A stretch of DNA of 64,000 bases from NCBI RefSeq assembly GCF_009914755.1, contig NC_060927.1; one strand, given 5' to 3'. The DNA comes from the human T2T-CHM13v2.0 reference genome, Homo sapiens. The position numbers and the translations under genes were made by a program. The notes below the pieces were generated by a model. It was not told where the DNA came from. It was given only the letters and a program-made list of their open reading frames with translations, and made no database searches. Position 1 is the stretch's first letter. Each line of letters opens with the position of its first letter. This document shows positions 1 through 12,760 of this stretch, one piece after another.

Positions 1-93
1 TTTTATTCGCTGTGTAAGGGCGATTAATTCACATTTCTTATAAAGTTGTACAATACAAATTGCATAAGAAAATAAATGACTCTTTTCTATTAC

Positions 94-569
94 TTGGTGG
101 AAAAAGTTGATTTATAGTCCCTGAGAGAAAGAACTAAGGAAGAGAGTTAAAATTCCATTTACTATATGAGATTTTTAAAGATCTAGCACTCATGCATGTT
201 GTGAAAATACTAAGTATCTCAAATAATGTGTGAGATTCTCCTTAGAGGTAAGGTTTTATATTGTCAAGACATTTTTTCTTTTATTTTTTCTATTGAGTTA
301 CTGTCTTTATGCTTTACTTGTACCTCATACTATAAATTAAAAGATTAGTGTTCGGTGTCATTGCATTAATGAAGATTATTATTTACAACAATAGCTAGAA
401 AGTGATTGGAGGTTTAAGTCCAGTAACTTGAGCAATTAAAACCCTTGTAGATTCCTATGAGGTTTAAAAAATACATGTTGTTAAGGGAAACCTATGTACT
501 CAAGAAAGATAGTTATTGCTAGTGTACCTTCTTCAGGAAACCAAAAATGTCTCTCATCAAAAACGGCTT
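94..569 (-). pseudogene. Four short collagen-like exon remnants (approx. 528-569, 324-455, 163-241, 94-120)
   Basis: 528-569: tcttttccAG|..ATG AGA GAC ATT TTT GGT TTC..AAG|GTacac (42 nt). 94-120: ttctttctctcAG|GGA CTA..CAA|GTaata (27 nt). 324-455 reads EST RVL IAQ -VT GLK. 163-241 reads (G)ES..SAR SLK|GTaaat. Confidence 0.5.
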
Positions 570-799
570 CTGGAAAAGACTGGAGTTTTATTAACATCTT
601 AGTATAGATTTAAAGAAATGAATCTCTTCTCCTAACAACTAGATTTCAATCCTCTTTTCAGATTCTCTAATCATAAAAGCTAAACATCATAAAATAATTG
701 AAGACTAAGTGATAATTATAATGAACACCCGCCATTTTACCCACCTACTCTTTCTCTTTTTCTCATGCATTTCTCTTCTCTCTGTAAAAGTAAAAGCAC

Positions 800-1162
<363 letters not shown>

Positions 1163-1172
1163 TGGCACTTAC

Positions 1173-1487
1173 TTTTCTCTGGGGAACTGCCCCTCTATGT
1201 TTCAGTGTATCCCTTTTGGAAATGTCAACTGCAGTGACTTGCCTCTTCATCCTAACTTCTGGCCAATCAGTGTGGGCTATTGACCTAGACATGAATGATG
1301 ACACTTGTTTTCCCTGAAAGTTGGGTCTTGAGCAAAGTGACACACAATTAAAAATCTGGATGGAGAGTTATTTTGGGTTTTGAGACTGCCAAAGACTTCC
1401 TGCAATGAAGATCTGCACTCTGAACTTCTGAGCTGCTTTGGTTCCCATCTTTCCTGTGGCTGGGTCCCTCCCTCTCTCTGTTTTTCC
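1173..1487 (-). pseudogene. Long collagen-like exon remnant
   Basis: Reads GKT ERG RDP AT GKM GTK AAQ KFR VQI FIA GSL WQS, then GKQ VSS FMS RSI AHT DWP EVR. First-of-three codons are mostly Gly or one substitution from Gly. Ends at donor AAA|GTAAGT (1172). Confidence 0.6.
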
Positions 1488-2001
1488 TGTGAGCACAGAT
1501 GACTACATTGGTGAATTCAATCAAACATTTAAAGAAGACATAATACCAGTTGTAACTGTATTCGGACAACAGAGTGTATGTGAACATTTCCCACCTCATT
1601 TGATAAGGTCATTATATCAGATATTAAAGGGGAGAGAAATACATATACTTTCTGCTATATATAAAAATAAATCTTTTTTTATATATAGTGTTGATAAACA
1701 GATATAAATGTATGTACTATAATATAGATATAAAAGAAAAAAACTACATACCAATATCACTCATGAACATAGATACAAATTTTTTTAATTATAAGCACGT
1801 AGTATCTACAGACATATATATCATAAATATATCTATGGAATATATGGAATAATGCACTATAACCAAACAAAAAATGCAAGATTGAATATTTTAAATTCAG
1901 TCAATGTAATCACCCCATTAACAAAAAAAAAGACAGAAAAACCATATTATTTGAATAGATGCTAAAAAAGCATTTGATAAAATTCAACACATATTTATAT
2001 T

Positions 2002-2434
2002 TGTGAGGCTAAGGAATGTCCTTGGATGCTAATCCACCATGTTGATTTCTGATTAACCTCTGTTCTGGGAATGCTTTTCAGCTTTCTACTTTATGTACTA
2101 TTACCGTAAATCCTATGCTTCTGTCAAAGCAACCTTGACCATAAGACCACAAGTCCTTCCCTCAGGCAGATTCACATAACTTTCTTGCCTTTTCTTGGGG
2201 AGTTGACTTCAGTTGCCCTGCACGTTTCTTGTCTATGATATATAAGCCCTGGATCTTGGTGGTAAGCACATGGATCCATGAACTGGTCTCTCGGCTGCCC
2301 TAGACTATTGCTTCTGCTTGTAAATCTGTATTCAAGGTTTCTGAGAAACTGGGAATGTCGGGCTCTTTCTTTGTCCCCAAAGCTTCCTTGGCCTTTTGGG
2401 GGAAGGTTTGCATATGCTTGCTCACCATAGAACA
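2002..2434 (+). mobile_element. Solo ERVL LTR, LTR47-like
   Basis: TG...CA termini; 5-bp TSD atatt/atact; 5' end tgtgaggctaag..cttggatgctaatccaccatgttgatttctgattaacc resembles recalled LTR47. Confidence 0.7.
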
Positions 2435-4099
2435 ATACTAAGTAAAAATGTTCAGCAAACAAAAAAATAGAACATCTTTAAGATATAGTGCATCTACCAA
2501 TATCTTAAAGCCAACATCATACTTGATTCCGAGAATTCAAATGCTTTTCTAAAAGGATCGGGAACAACACAAAGGCGTTTTCTCAAACAATTTCTATTCA
2601 ACGCTGTACTGGAGATCTTGCTGAATACAATATAAAAGAAAATAAATAAAAGGCATAAATAATGGATAGATCACAGCACTGTGTACCTTAATAAATGTAA
2701 AGGAATTCACAAAGACAATAACAGACCTAATAAGTGAATTTGACATGGGTACAGAACACAAGGTCAATGTAATACATACATACACACATGAACAATCAAC
2801 AAATGGTTGGGAAATAAAATTGTTTAAACACCATTTACAATGAAATCTAAAAAGAAACAAAAATTATAGGAATAAATCTAATGAAATGTGCAGAAGGCAT
2901 TTTTAGTGAAAGACATTTATACTGAAAGCTACAAAACAGTACTGATAGAAGAACAAAACAAATACAGAATTGACCTGGCCATGAGTTAGAAGGTGCAATA
3001 TTAAGATACCAATTCTCCTCAAATTGATTTACAGAATCAATAAGACCCAATAAAAATTCCAAAAGACTTTTTAAAAATAGAAATGAACAAGTTCATTGTA
3101 ACAAGCATATGAAAAGAACAAGAAGACCTAGAATATCTAAGGCAATCTTGAAGAAGTACTGCAAACTCAAAGGACTTACTATAACTGATGTTACAACTCA
3201 TTTTGGATCTATAAAAATTAGACATTATGCTGTTCATGAAAGGGTACACAAATAAATGAAGGCACATAATCAACAGTACTGAAACAGACACCTATATAAG
3301 GTAACTTGAATTTTGATGTAAGAATCAATGCATTTCTATGTCTAAATGAAAAGTTCTTTCAACAGTTGATGCCACAGCAACTTCTTTTGAGGGGAAAGAA
3401 CTTGAATTTTACTTTACATCAGACATAAAAAATTAATTTTAGGTTAATCATAGTCCCAAACATGAAAGCTAAGTCTATAAAGCTTTTAGAAACAAACATG
3501 GAAGAATGCCTTTATAATTATAGTATAGGCATATATTATTTAAATATTTCTTTAAACAATAGCCAGCCAAGAGAATTTGACAAACTACACTTCAAAAAAA
3601 TGAAATATTTGCTCATCAAAAGTTATAGTTAGTAATGCGAAAGGGTAAATCTCAAACTAGGAGAAAATGTTTGCAATATGTATCTTACAAAGGACTATTA
3701 TCCAGGATACGAATGAATTACAAGAAGACAATAACTCAAGTTAAAAAGTTAAAAACACTTGTGAATACATACTTCACAGGAGATGATGAAAACCCAATAA
3801 ACACTTCATATTATTCGTTTCAATGCTAATACATTTTAAAACCAAAATGTGACATCAATTTACATCCACTAGAATAGTTAATAGTAAAAAGTCTAACAAT
3901 TGCAAGTGTTGAGGAAGATATGAGAAACTGCATGTCTTGGGTAAGAAAAGTGAAATGTAAAATGATACAATCATGTTACAAAACTGTTTGACAGTTTCTA
4001 ACATAGTTAAATACCCAACACCTTATGATTCAACAATTCTACTTCTATTAATAGTTAGGTACCCAAGAAAATTGGAAGCATACATTCATAAAAGATTTA

Positions 4100-4432
<333 letters not shown>

Positions 4433-4879
4433 TCATAATAGCTCAACACTTGAAATATCCCAAATTTCCATCAATATAATAGATAAATTGTATATTCATT
4501 AAATGGAATACTCAGGAATAAAAAGAATACATTTCTCAACCACACAACATGAATCACTTTTTAAAACACTATTTTAAACAAAAGTAGCCAGACACAAACC
4601 GGTACATACACTAAGATTCCATATATATATATAACTTCAAAAACAGGCAAAATTAATCTACAGTAAAAGAATTAAAGCTACAGGTTACCTCTGTAGGTGG
4701 TTAAGATTGGCCAATAAGGAACATGAGAAAACATTGTGGGACGATGAGAATTTCTATATCTTAATTTTAACGATGGTAACAGGTGCATATATAAATACAC
4801 ACACACATATATAACTGAAGTGTATACTTAGTATCTGTATGTTTTACTATAGATCAACTAACCACATTAAACAAAAAAA

Positions 4880-7645
4880 GACAGACACAAAAGTATCTTT
4901 ATTTCTAGATTTCATTTTCATCAATACAGTAAACCATAGAAAGACACTTTCTTGATAAATATCTTTATTAAAGAAGTGTAGCAAAACAAAGGGTAGGAAG
5001 TTGAAGTTAGGAGGATTTAATAATCAACTGGTATTTCTAGGTATGGCTTTTAAAGGGCCGACTTTTCTGGATATGACAAGCTGGCAAATGTTCTCAGAGT
5101 AGGCTTTCAAAAAAATAATGTTTTCCATTTTCGTAGAAATCAAGATTTAGTCCTTTGAGTAACTAAGATAATATAGTAGACTTGAAATGATTAATTTATA
5201 GAAGTCACTACCAGTTGTCATTATAATTATGATTTTTTATTATTAAAATAATTATTCTTTGAAAAGAATAATTTGCATATGCCACACAGAAAAATAATGT
5301 ATTTTAGTAAATGGAGGACTTAAATATTTAGTCAATGCAACATTAGGTCTACTCACCAGATAATCAAGATATAGCAGTATGATTCTGACAAAAATATCTT
5401 TCTCTCAATATCTGGAATATTAATAAATAGCAGTAAGATCCAGTTTGATTTTTTTCACTCTCTCAATATCCTCGTAACTCAAGCAAAGCAAATTGTAGAT
5501 AATTTGTTTTTGAAATCCAGATTTATTCACTGAGTGTAAAGATGGCAATTTCTGTTTTTTGTTAAAATGAAATATATTTTCCCTTCAACTTGTCATATAA
5601 TTTACCCACTGTCCTCACTGCTTAGAATGAAAAGAGCTAGTATTTTACAATTTGAGAAATTGTTGTACTCAGAATATACACACACATACACACATGCAAA
5701 TATACATATCCAGATTGCTTTGTGCTAGCACCAAAATCATCATGAAAATACCATTTTGAAACTTGAAACCCCAAAATCCTTTTGGACTTATGTTTTAGTT
5801 ACTAGTCTGTTTACACAGTCATATGATGACTTTTCTCTTTTTTACAAGTCTGAAAAAGTTTCTTTGCAATCTAAGGGTCCAATATTACCTTATGTATCAT
5901 TATAGTATGTATGCCTAAATATTTTTGCATTAAATAAGTAGAGCTCTCTTAAAGTTAATATATCTTTATGAATATTATAAGCAGAGTAGAAATCCATACA
6001 AGTATAGTATAATTGGTTTCCTGTATATGCGTTGGGCCTTTTTACCCAGTGACTCCAGGAGAAAGATCTGAGAAAATACAGAATGTAGCAGGACTTCTAC
6101 GAAAGTTGAGTTACCAAAGTCAAAGTCAGATCAAAAGGAAATAAAGGACAGAACACTTCAGGGAGTAGAAAATATTCCCTGTTGGGTAAAATGTAAAGAT
6201 TCCATATGGTGCTGGAAATGTGCCATGTCCTCGGCACCCCTTGTAAATGTTTTGTTAGTTCACTGGTGGGTCTGCCTGTTTCTCTCTGACTTGATTTCAC
6301 AGCTTTGGTCACTGCTGTCCACAGTCAGGCAAACACAAAAGGAATCATTTAGCTGTTCTTCGGCACTGGAAATTTTCTTCATACTGAAAAAGGCAGCAGG
6401 GAATACCATTTGTCTTTCGCTTTATTCTGAGCTATGGTAACTAAGGCTCTGGGTCCCCTGGTTCCCATTGATCTGTGCAATACAGAATAGCAAAATTGGC
6501 TACTGACAGCCAGCTGGGGCAATCAGCACCAAGACATTCAGAGGGCTATATTTTTCTTCCATTTTAACTAGGTCCAGTAGCTACCTGCGTTGCAACAGCA
6601 CCAGGGTATAAGGAAGGACTCCTTTTGAACACCATTGCAATCACGATATTGAGCATAGCCTCTATCCCAGAGAAGGCATTCAATGCAACTTTGTGAATGA
6701 TTGAATACAATAGCCCACTATATTACTTTATAGCCATTACTCTTTATAATTATTACTCTAAGCCCAGAGTTGGGAGCTGCAGAGTTGAGAATATTGTTAA
6801 TTCCTGACTTAAAATGAAATGTGTTTGGTATTGTCCCCATTGCCCTCAAATAAGGCCAAGCCCCCTTAGATTGACACACAAGATTGCAACCCTGATTTTT
6901 TTCTAACCTCACAATCAACATCCAAAGCCCACATGTGATGAGTAATTCAGGGGTCATAGTCTCTCTTAGGTCTGAGTCTTGTGCATCTTTTCACTCACCT
7001 GCGACAGCCCCACCCCCTTCCATGTGGAATGCCTACTCAGCTTTCAGATCTCAGACTCAACACCTCTGGCTCTGGGAAGACATGAGGCTTTGGGAAGTCC
7101 GGGCTGGCTTTCCCTTCTAAGTGCTCCCACAAAGCCCTGAGAGCCCCTTATTCTTCACGCAGTGCATGGCGATTGCATGTCTCAACCACCAGGCCACGTG
7201 TTTAGAGACGCCAGCCACACCCTTCCTCGTCTTCGTTACTGCTGCTGACAGCATGCTCTCAGTACACAACCTTTGCGAGAAAGAATAAATGAGTGAGTGG
7301 AGAAGCACTAGCCATTTTCAGGGTGAATTGGTGGTAATCAGATGCTGGAATTTGCTGGTGGAGTCACTCAGATGAGGAGAATGGCCAAAAATTTCCTTGA
7401 GGTACTCAATAGAAGTTTAAAAATGAAGAAATAACCCCAACATCGAGTCACAATAACTAAGTTGTATTTTAAGTGGTTGTATTTAACATATTAGCACACA
7501 CAGAATATATAAGATATTTGGAAAAAAATATGAAAAGTCTCACTATAGATGCATGAAGACGTTGTGACCCAGGTCCCCCTGGTCCTCAGCTCCTTAATGC
7601 TTTGTTCCATGGGAGTGGTTTCCAGGGGATTCAGGAAAACACACC
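4880..7645 (-). pseudogene. Cluster of about 12 short Gly-X-Y exon remnants (approx. 7544-7645, 7310-7405, 6913-6971, 6829-6864, 6585-6622, 6407-6472, 6156-6240, 6030-6067, 5831-5889, 5706-5779, 5357-5529, 4880-5083)
   Basis: 6030-6067: tattttctcAG then ..P GVT G*K GPT. 5831-5889: GNI GPL DCK E... 6407-6472: ttgcacAG then (G)SM GTR GPR. 6156-6240: GCR GHG TFP APY GIF. 5706-5779: GFW GFK FQN GIF. 5357-5529: ..ELR GY*..NQT GSY..|GTGAGT. 6829-6864: AG|GAW PYL RAM GTI. Confidence 0.7.
7000..7300 (+). mobile_element. L2 3' fragment
   Basis: L2-like body (ttcagatctcag..) ending in gaataaatgagtgagtg. Confidence 0.5.
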
Positions 7646-7789
7646 CTGTCCAGACAGAAATGAGAATACAGCCTCTGGGAGAAATAAGGCCCCAGCAACC
7701 ACTCAACATTTTTCTTTCCATATCCCAGGCGCAAATAGGCACTGAGGGAAGAGTGAGCCTTTCTTCCTGCCCTTCTCCTCTTGCAACAT

Positions 7790-9865
7790 TTTCTGGAGAG
7801 GGCAGGAAGACCTAGGTAGCCAGCCTGCGTCCAGGAAGGGAGCCTGGGGCACCTTGGTGTGATAGATGCTGAGGGGACAGGGCCACCAGAGGGAGCCTGA
7901 GAGTCCAGAGAAGACTAAGAGAATCATGTGACCCTTTGAGGGACTTGAAGGTAGGCTGTGGGGAGTGGAGGGTCTACAAAGAAGGATAAAGGGGCCCAGC
8001 TTTCCTAGGTGAGCCTTGAGGACCCTGGAGAGAAGCTGATGAGGTCTGAGATTACTGAAAATACTACAGGAGCATTGGGATCACTGGGGGAGGGTTCTGG
8101 GGAGTCTGGAGGATCTGGGGGACCTTGGGGGAAAGCGTATGGGGTTTGGGAGCATGGAATGAACTAGGGGAGCTAGGGGTGGTCATTGGTGGAGCCTGGA
8201 CGTGCCTGGAGGAGCCTGGAGGGATGATGTGCCCCTCAATCAATAGAACCAGTTAAGAAGAGACCATCTCCCAACCCTGAATAGGCTCAGTGTCCGAAGG
8301 TAGGTTGTGTAGAAATGCATCCCCACAATCACAAGAATCAATGTGAAAGTAATATCAGGAGTTTTATTTCAGCTATTGGTGGGTCAATCTTTTTTCTCTG
8401 TGGATTTTTTTTTCTTCCAAAGTTTCCTGTTTTCTTCATAATTTAATTTCCTTCTTAGCTTTTTTTCCTCCTATATATATGATATTATGAAGTATATATT
8501 TGGTCTTCATCCTGTTTTGTGACATACAGCTGCTAAAACCTTTGAAATCTCTGGAATGAAGAGTGTCTTCTGCTTGCTAATGAGATGACTTGTGTCTGGA
8601 GGCCCCAGTATAGCTTCAGGAAGGGGGCTGGTCTCCAGAAATAAAAAGGCATGATTAGAGTATTGGACCAGTCGGCCCCACCCTCAAACCTCCCGGGAGG
8701 AGAGAGGGGCTGAAGGTTAAGTTCATCCCAAATGAATAATGATTTAATCAATCGTGTCTACATAATGAAGCCTCCATTAAAAAAAAAAAAGAGGGACATA
8801 TTTCGGAGGAACTTCCTGATAGCTGAACCTGTGGAGGTTCCTGGAGGACAGTGTGCCCAGAGAAGGCATGAAAGCCCTGCACCCCTTCCCCATACCTTGC
8901 CCATGCATTTCTTCCATTGGGGACGTTCATTTGTATCCCTTAAAATATCATTTATAATAAACAGGTAAACATAAATAAAGTGTTTCCTTCAGTTTTGTGA
9001 TCTGCTCTAGCAAACTCATAGAACTCATAGAGAAAGGGTAGTAGAAACTTTGATCTGTAACCAGTCCATAACCCATCCATTAGAAGACCTGCACAGCTTG
9101 CAATGCCTGTCTCAAGTAGGAGGCACTCTTGTGGGACTGAGCTCTTGACCAACCTGTGGAATCTAACCCTACCTCCAGGTAGACATTGTAGAATTGAATT
9201 GAGTTAGAGGACACTCAGCTGGTGTTCATTGCAAAATAGATTGCTTGCTTGGAATTTTCCCCACCCGTGTAATGTCAGAAGCATTGTGTTGTGTTTGAGA
9301 GTATATCAGGAGAAACAGGATTTGTTTTTTTCTATATCCTCAGAGTATAAATATTGTTTATTCATTGGTTATTTTAAACTTATTCATGTTTTTTTATTCT
9401 TGGCCTCTCTTTTTTCCCCTAAAAGAATATTTTTCATTTTTTAATTTCTTCTCACCTCTCATTCCTTCTTCATAGATTCTTATTTCCTTGTGTTTTTCTT
9501 TATATTTTTCTTTCTGCACAATTATTTTCTTTATGTTCTTTTCAGTTTTTTAGCATTAACTTTTCAGTTTTTAATAATTTCTTATTTTCTTCTGTTTATT
9601 TTTTTATTTCTTCACAATTTCCTTCTTCTTTATGATTATTTGCTAAGTTTCCTTTAGCTTCTACCTCATCATAACTTCTATCTGGTCTTCTTTTCATATA
9701 TTATTTTCTTCTTTATAATAATTCCCTTCTTGGGGGCTTCTGTTTATTATTTCTTTATTTATATTTCATATTTTGTTTCTTTCTTTATAATTTCTCTCTC
9801 TCCTCTATCTTCTTCATGGTTTGGAGTGTGATTCTTCTCTCTCCCCTTGATGGTGATGGACACTT
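7790..9865 (-). pseudogene. Large exon remnant: Glu/Lys/Tyr-rich region, Cys motif, then Pro-rich interrupted collagen; split by a MER21 LTR
   Basis: Minus strand gives NHEEDRGERE, NYYKEEN, RSYDEVEAKGN, IYEEG, NYEENRK; then DSCDCG; then QGPP DPP DSP EPS, SLQGPQGSPRKAGPL, QGAPGS, AGYLGLP. Confidence 0.6.
8480..9342 (+). mobile_element. MER21-family solo LTR
   Basis: tgatattatg..gctaatgagatgact..agcttcaggaagggggctggtc..taaataaagtgtttcct..gaattgaatt..cagctggtgt; ends in ca. Confidence 0.85.
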
Positions 9866-10584
9866 GCTTTGGGACCAGGCAGTCCTACATCCATTCCCAG
9901 TTACGGCCCTGGTTAGCTGGATGTCCATGAACTAAATTTTGCTTTCTGAACCTTATTTTTGTGACTTAAAGGTACTTATGTAGTAACTGCAATATTGTTT
10001 TTATTTATAGAACAGTTTGCCAGGAAAGAAAATATTTCAAAGACAAATTTTCCACTAAAAAATAATACAGATAAAAAACACAAAATATGGGCAGACTTAG
10101 ACTTGGAGAGGAGGTGCCTACACAGACTAAAAAGCTGATGCCTCTTCAATGTGATTTTCTTTAAATTTTATTTGTTTCACTTTGTGGCTGAGGGTAGAGT
10201 CTTGCTTCTCTTGCTCTTTGTTTCTTTTAGAAAACATCTATCTTTAAGCAAGACATTAGTTCCCAAAACCTGACTTTTCTCAGCAAATAATACATTGATA
10301 TTATTCAGCTTCAAAATTTTGACTGTGACTTCAAGATTGACACATTTTTAATGTTGCCCCCAACAATATCGCCAACTAATTAAGCAAAAGTCCACTCTAA
10401 ACGTAAGCATCGAATAGGTCAACCATTACAAGGAGAGCGTTTGCTTCTCTTAAAAGTTTCTTTCCACCTCTAGGTGCATTCTGTTTCACCAGCTATATAA
10501 GGATCAACAGTGTGGAAACCTGCATCAACTGGCATTGTATTTGTAATTTATTCTGATGATTGTTTAGTGTCCTTTATATTTACA

Positions 10585-10745
10585 CAATTTGTGGAACCCA
10601 GTGTAAAATGAAAATGTGAGGCTCCTTGTTCAGAATTATTAATAATTTCAAGAAGGCAATTCTAGGGCATTAGGCAAGTGCAGGACTCTGCTGAGTCTAG
10701 GTCCTGTACAGTGGCAAAGGTCACACGTTTGTATCACCGGCCCTG
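10585..10745. mobile_element. MER91-like hAT DNA transposon
   Basis: cccagtgtaaaatgaaaatgtgaggctccttgttc...ccggccctg resembles recalled MER91A. Confidence 0.6.
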
Positions 10746-12339
10746 TTGATGTTGAAGTTCTTAGCACGAAGCTGGCTGACCTGGTTCCAGGTACAGGAAG
10801 TGACACCCATGAGGAACTTTCAGATCCCCTTTATACTCTCAAAATTTTAGTTTTTCTTTTAACTTTAGAAAACTTGCCTGGATTTCAGTTATTCATCCAT
10901 AGCTTGAATATGTCATTTTTCTTACTGCCCTTCTCTCCTCTCAACAACCACTAGTCATTCCCTGTAAAAAGTTTGGGAACATTCAACAGACTTTTACAGC
11001 AGAAAGTATATAATGTGGTGGCAGAGAAGCCCTCTTCTCAAAGTCAGTATATTTCAACCAGTGGCATACTTAGGATTTTGTTGTAAGTAGCTTAAAAATA
11101 ACTTGCTTCATGTCTCAGCCATTATTTCCCACAGTTGAGCCCTCTGGCCAAATCTAAATCATGCAAAGGGCCAATTGTTAAAGTGAATGCCTGCTAAGTA
11201 GGATGGCTTGGAATCCAGGTTGAGGATGAAAGCAGCAACAGCAGGAAGGAAGAACAGTGGAGTAAGCCAAAAGAAAAAATTACTGCTGGCACACTTCTGT
11301 TCACCATACAATTCATCCCCCCGCACATGGCAATGGAGTTGGTGAACAAACAGGTGCATAAATTAAAATCATGCAATTAGCGGCCATGCTGCCCACCGCT
11401 GCTGCCCCAGAGCTGCAGTAATGCTGACACTAGTTAAACAACCAAAGCAACTGTCATTAGCTAAGTGTGTTCACTTCTAGAATATCCTTTTTATTAACGT
11501 GTTTAAATAGCTGGATGGCAGAGATTTGCTGTGAGTTCTATAACAGAAGCCAGTTAACAACCTTAAAGACCAAATTAATTGGAAAGACATATTTTAAAAC
11601 CAACACAGAACATAAGCTAGGGTGCATAACCAGAAGCTACAATTGCTCAAGTTTTTTAGAAGAGGCCATTTACATTGTAACATCCCGCCAAAATAGTATG
11701 ATTTTTTAAAATCACAGAAATTGCACAGAAACTAGATGTTTCAAGGTATTTATGTTAACATTTCAGGATAAGGAATGAGAGTCTTCTCTGGTGCTCATCA
11801 TTTTCAGGATGAACAATTAGCATTGAATATGCAATGTGGTATTTCACTTCAATCTCCAGAATTCCTCTCAATGCTTCATTAGGCTAAAGAAATTCTTTTG
11901 ATACTGCGCAATAAGAGTTTATATTTTATTCCCTATTTTTAAGCAAAGACAAAGAGATGTATTTAATATGTAAGATTTGGGAGAAGAAAAGTGAAAAATC
12001 ATCAGTGATGTGAACTAACTTTAAGATCACACAAACTTGAAACTACTAGAGTATTGAAATAACACTTGAGCAGACTTAACTCTTCATCCAGAATCCCTGG
12101 GTATTGATAACTTTTATAGTGACATTTGAAGGCTTTTTGTAAGACACAATGAATTACAGGGAAAATGGAGATTTTATGAAATTATGTTCTACATGAATAG
12201 TCATAGTAGTTGAAATGTGAAGATGAAGGAATGAGGCTTAATTAGAGAAGTACCAAAGAAGATCAAGATGATTATCTCACAACATCCCTCAGGTTGTTGT
12301 CTGAAAGTAATGGTCTCCATGAACTATAAAGACAGGGTG

Positions 12340-12540
12340 TGTCGTGTTGAGAGACAAGACCCAGACCCAGGTTTTTTCCCCAGCTCACTAAATGTGTAAA
12401 ATTAGATAAATTCTTTAACTTTTTTCAGCCTCTGTTTTGTAACCTCTCAAATGGGGATAATAATACATGTTTACCTCATAGTCTTATTTTAAGTGATTAA
12501 ATAAAATAATTCAAATAGTGCTTAGCAGTGCCTAACACTA
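12340..12540 (+). mobile_element. MIR
   Basis: MIR core cagcctctgttttg..aaatggggataataatac..acctcatag..gtgcttagcagtgcct. Confidence 0.8.
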
Positions 12541-12588
12541 CCTTTATGTATGTAACTTAATAGGTGATACAAATTTATCTCCCTTTAC

Positions 12589-12760
12589 CAGTAGTTTTCC
12601 TTGACTACAAATTGAAATCTTCGGGGAAGTTGTAAAAAGCACTGATGCTTGAAGTCACACTTGGAGCTTCTAATTGAACATTCTTGGGTGTGGCCTGAGC
12701 ATCAGGAATTTTGAAAGTTCCCCAGGTAGTTCTACTCTGCGGCCAAGGTTGGGAACCACG
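12589..12760. mobile_element. MER5-type hAT MITE
   Basis: cagtagttt..gggtgtggcctgagcatcag..ccccaggtagttct..ggttgggaaccac. Confidence 0.75.

Noticed and set aside
7790-9865. Interpretation as old L1 5'UTR plus ORF1
   Set aside because: The order is wrong (A-rich part precedes the C-rich part on the same strand) and no ORF1 motifs were seen; the collagen reading fits better.
10468-10552. Possible additional minus-strand exon (..DAGFHTVDPYIAGETECT*)
   Set aside because: Splice-like ends are present but there is no diagnostic motif; left unassigned.
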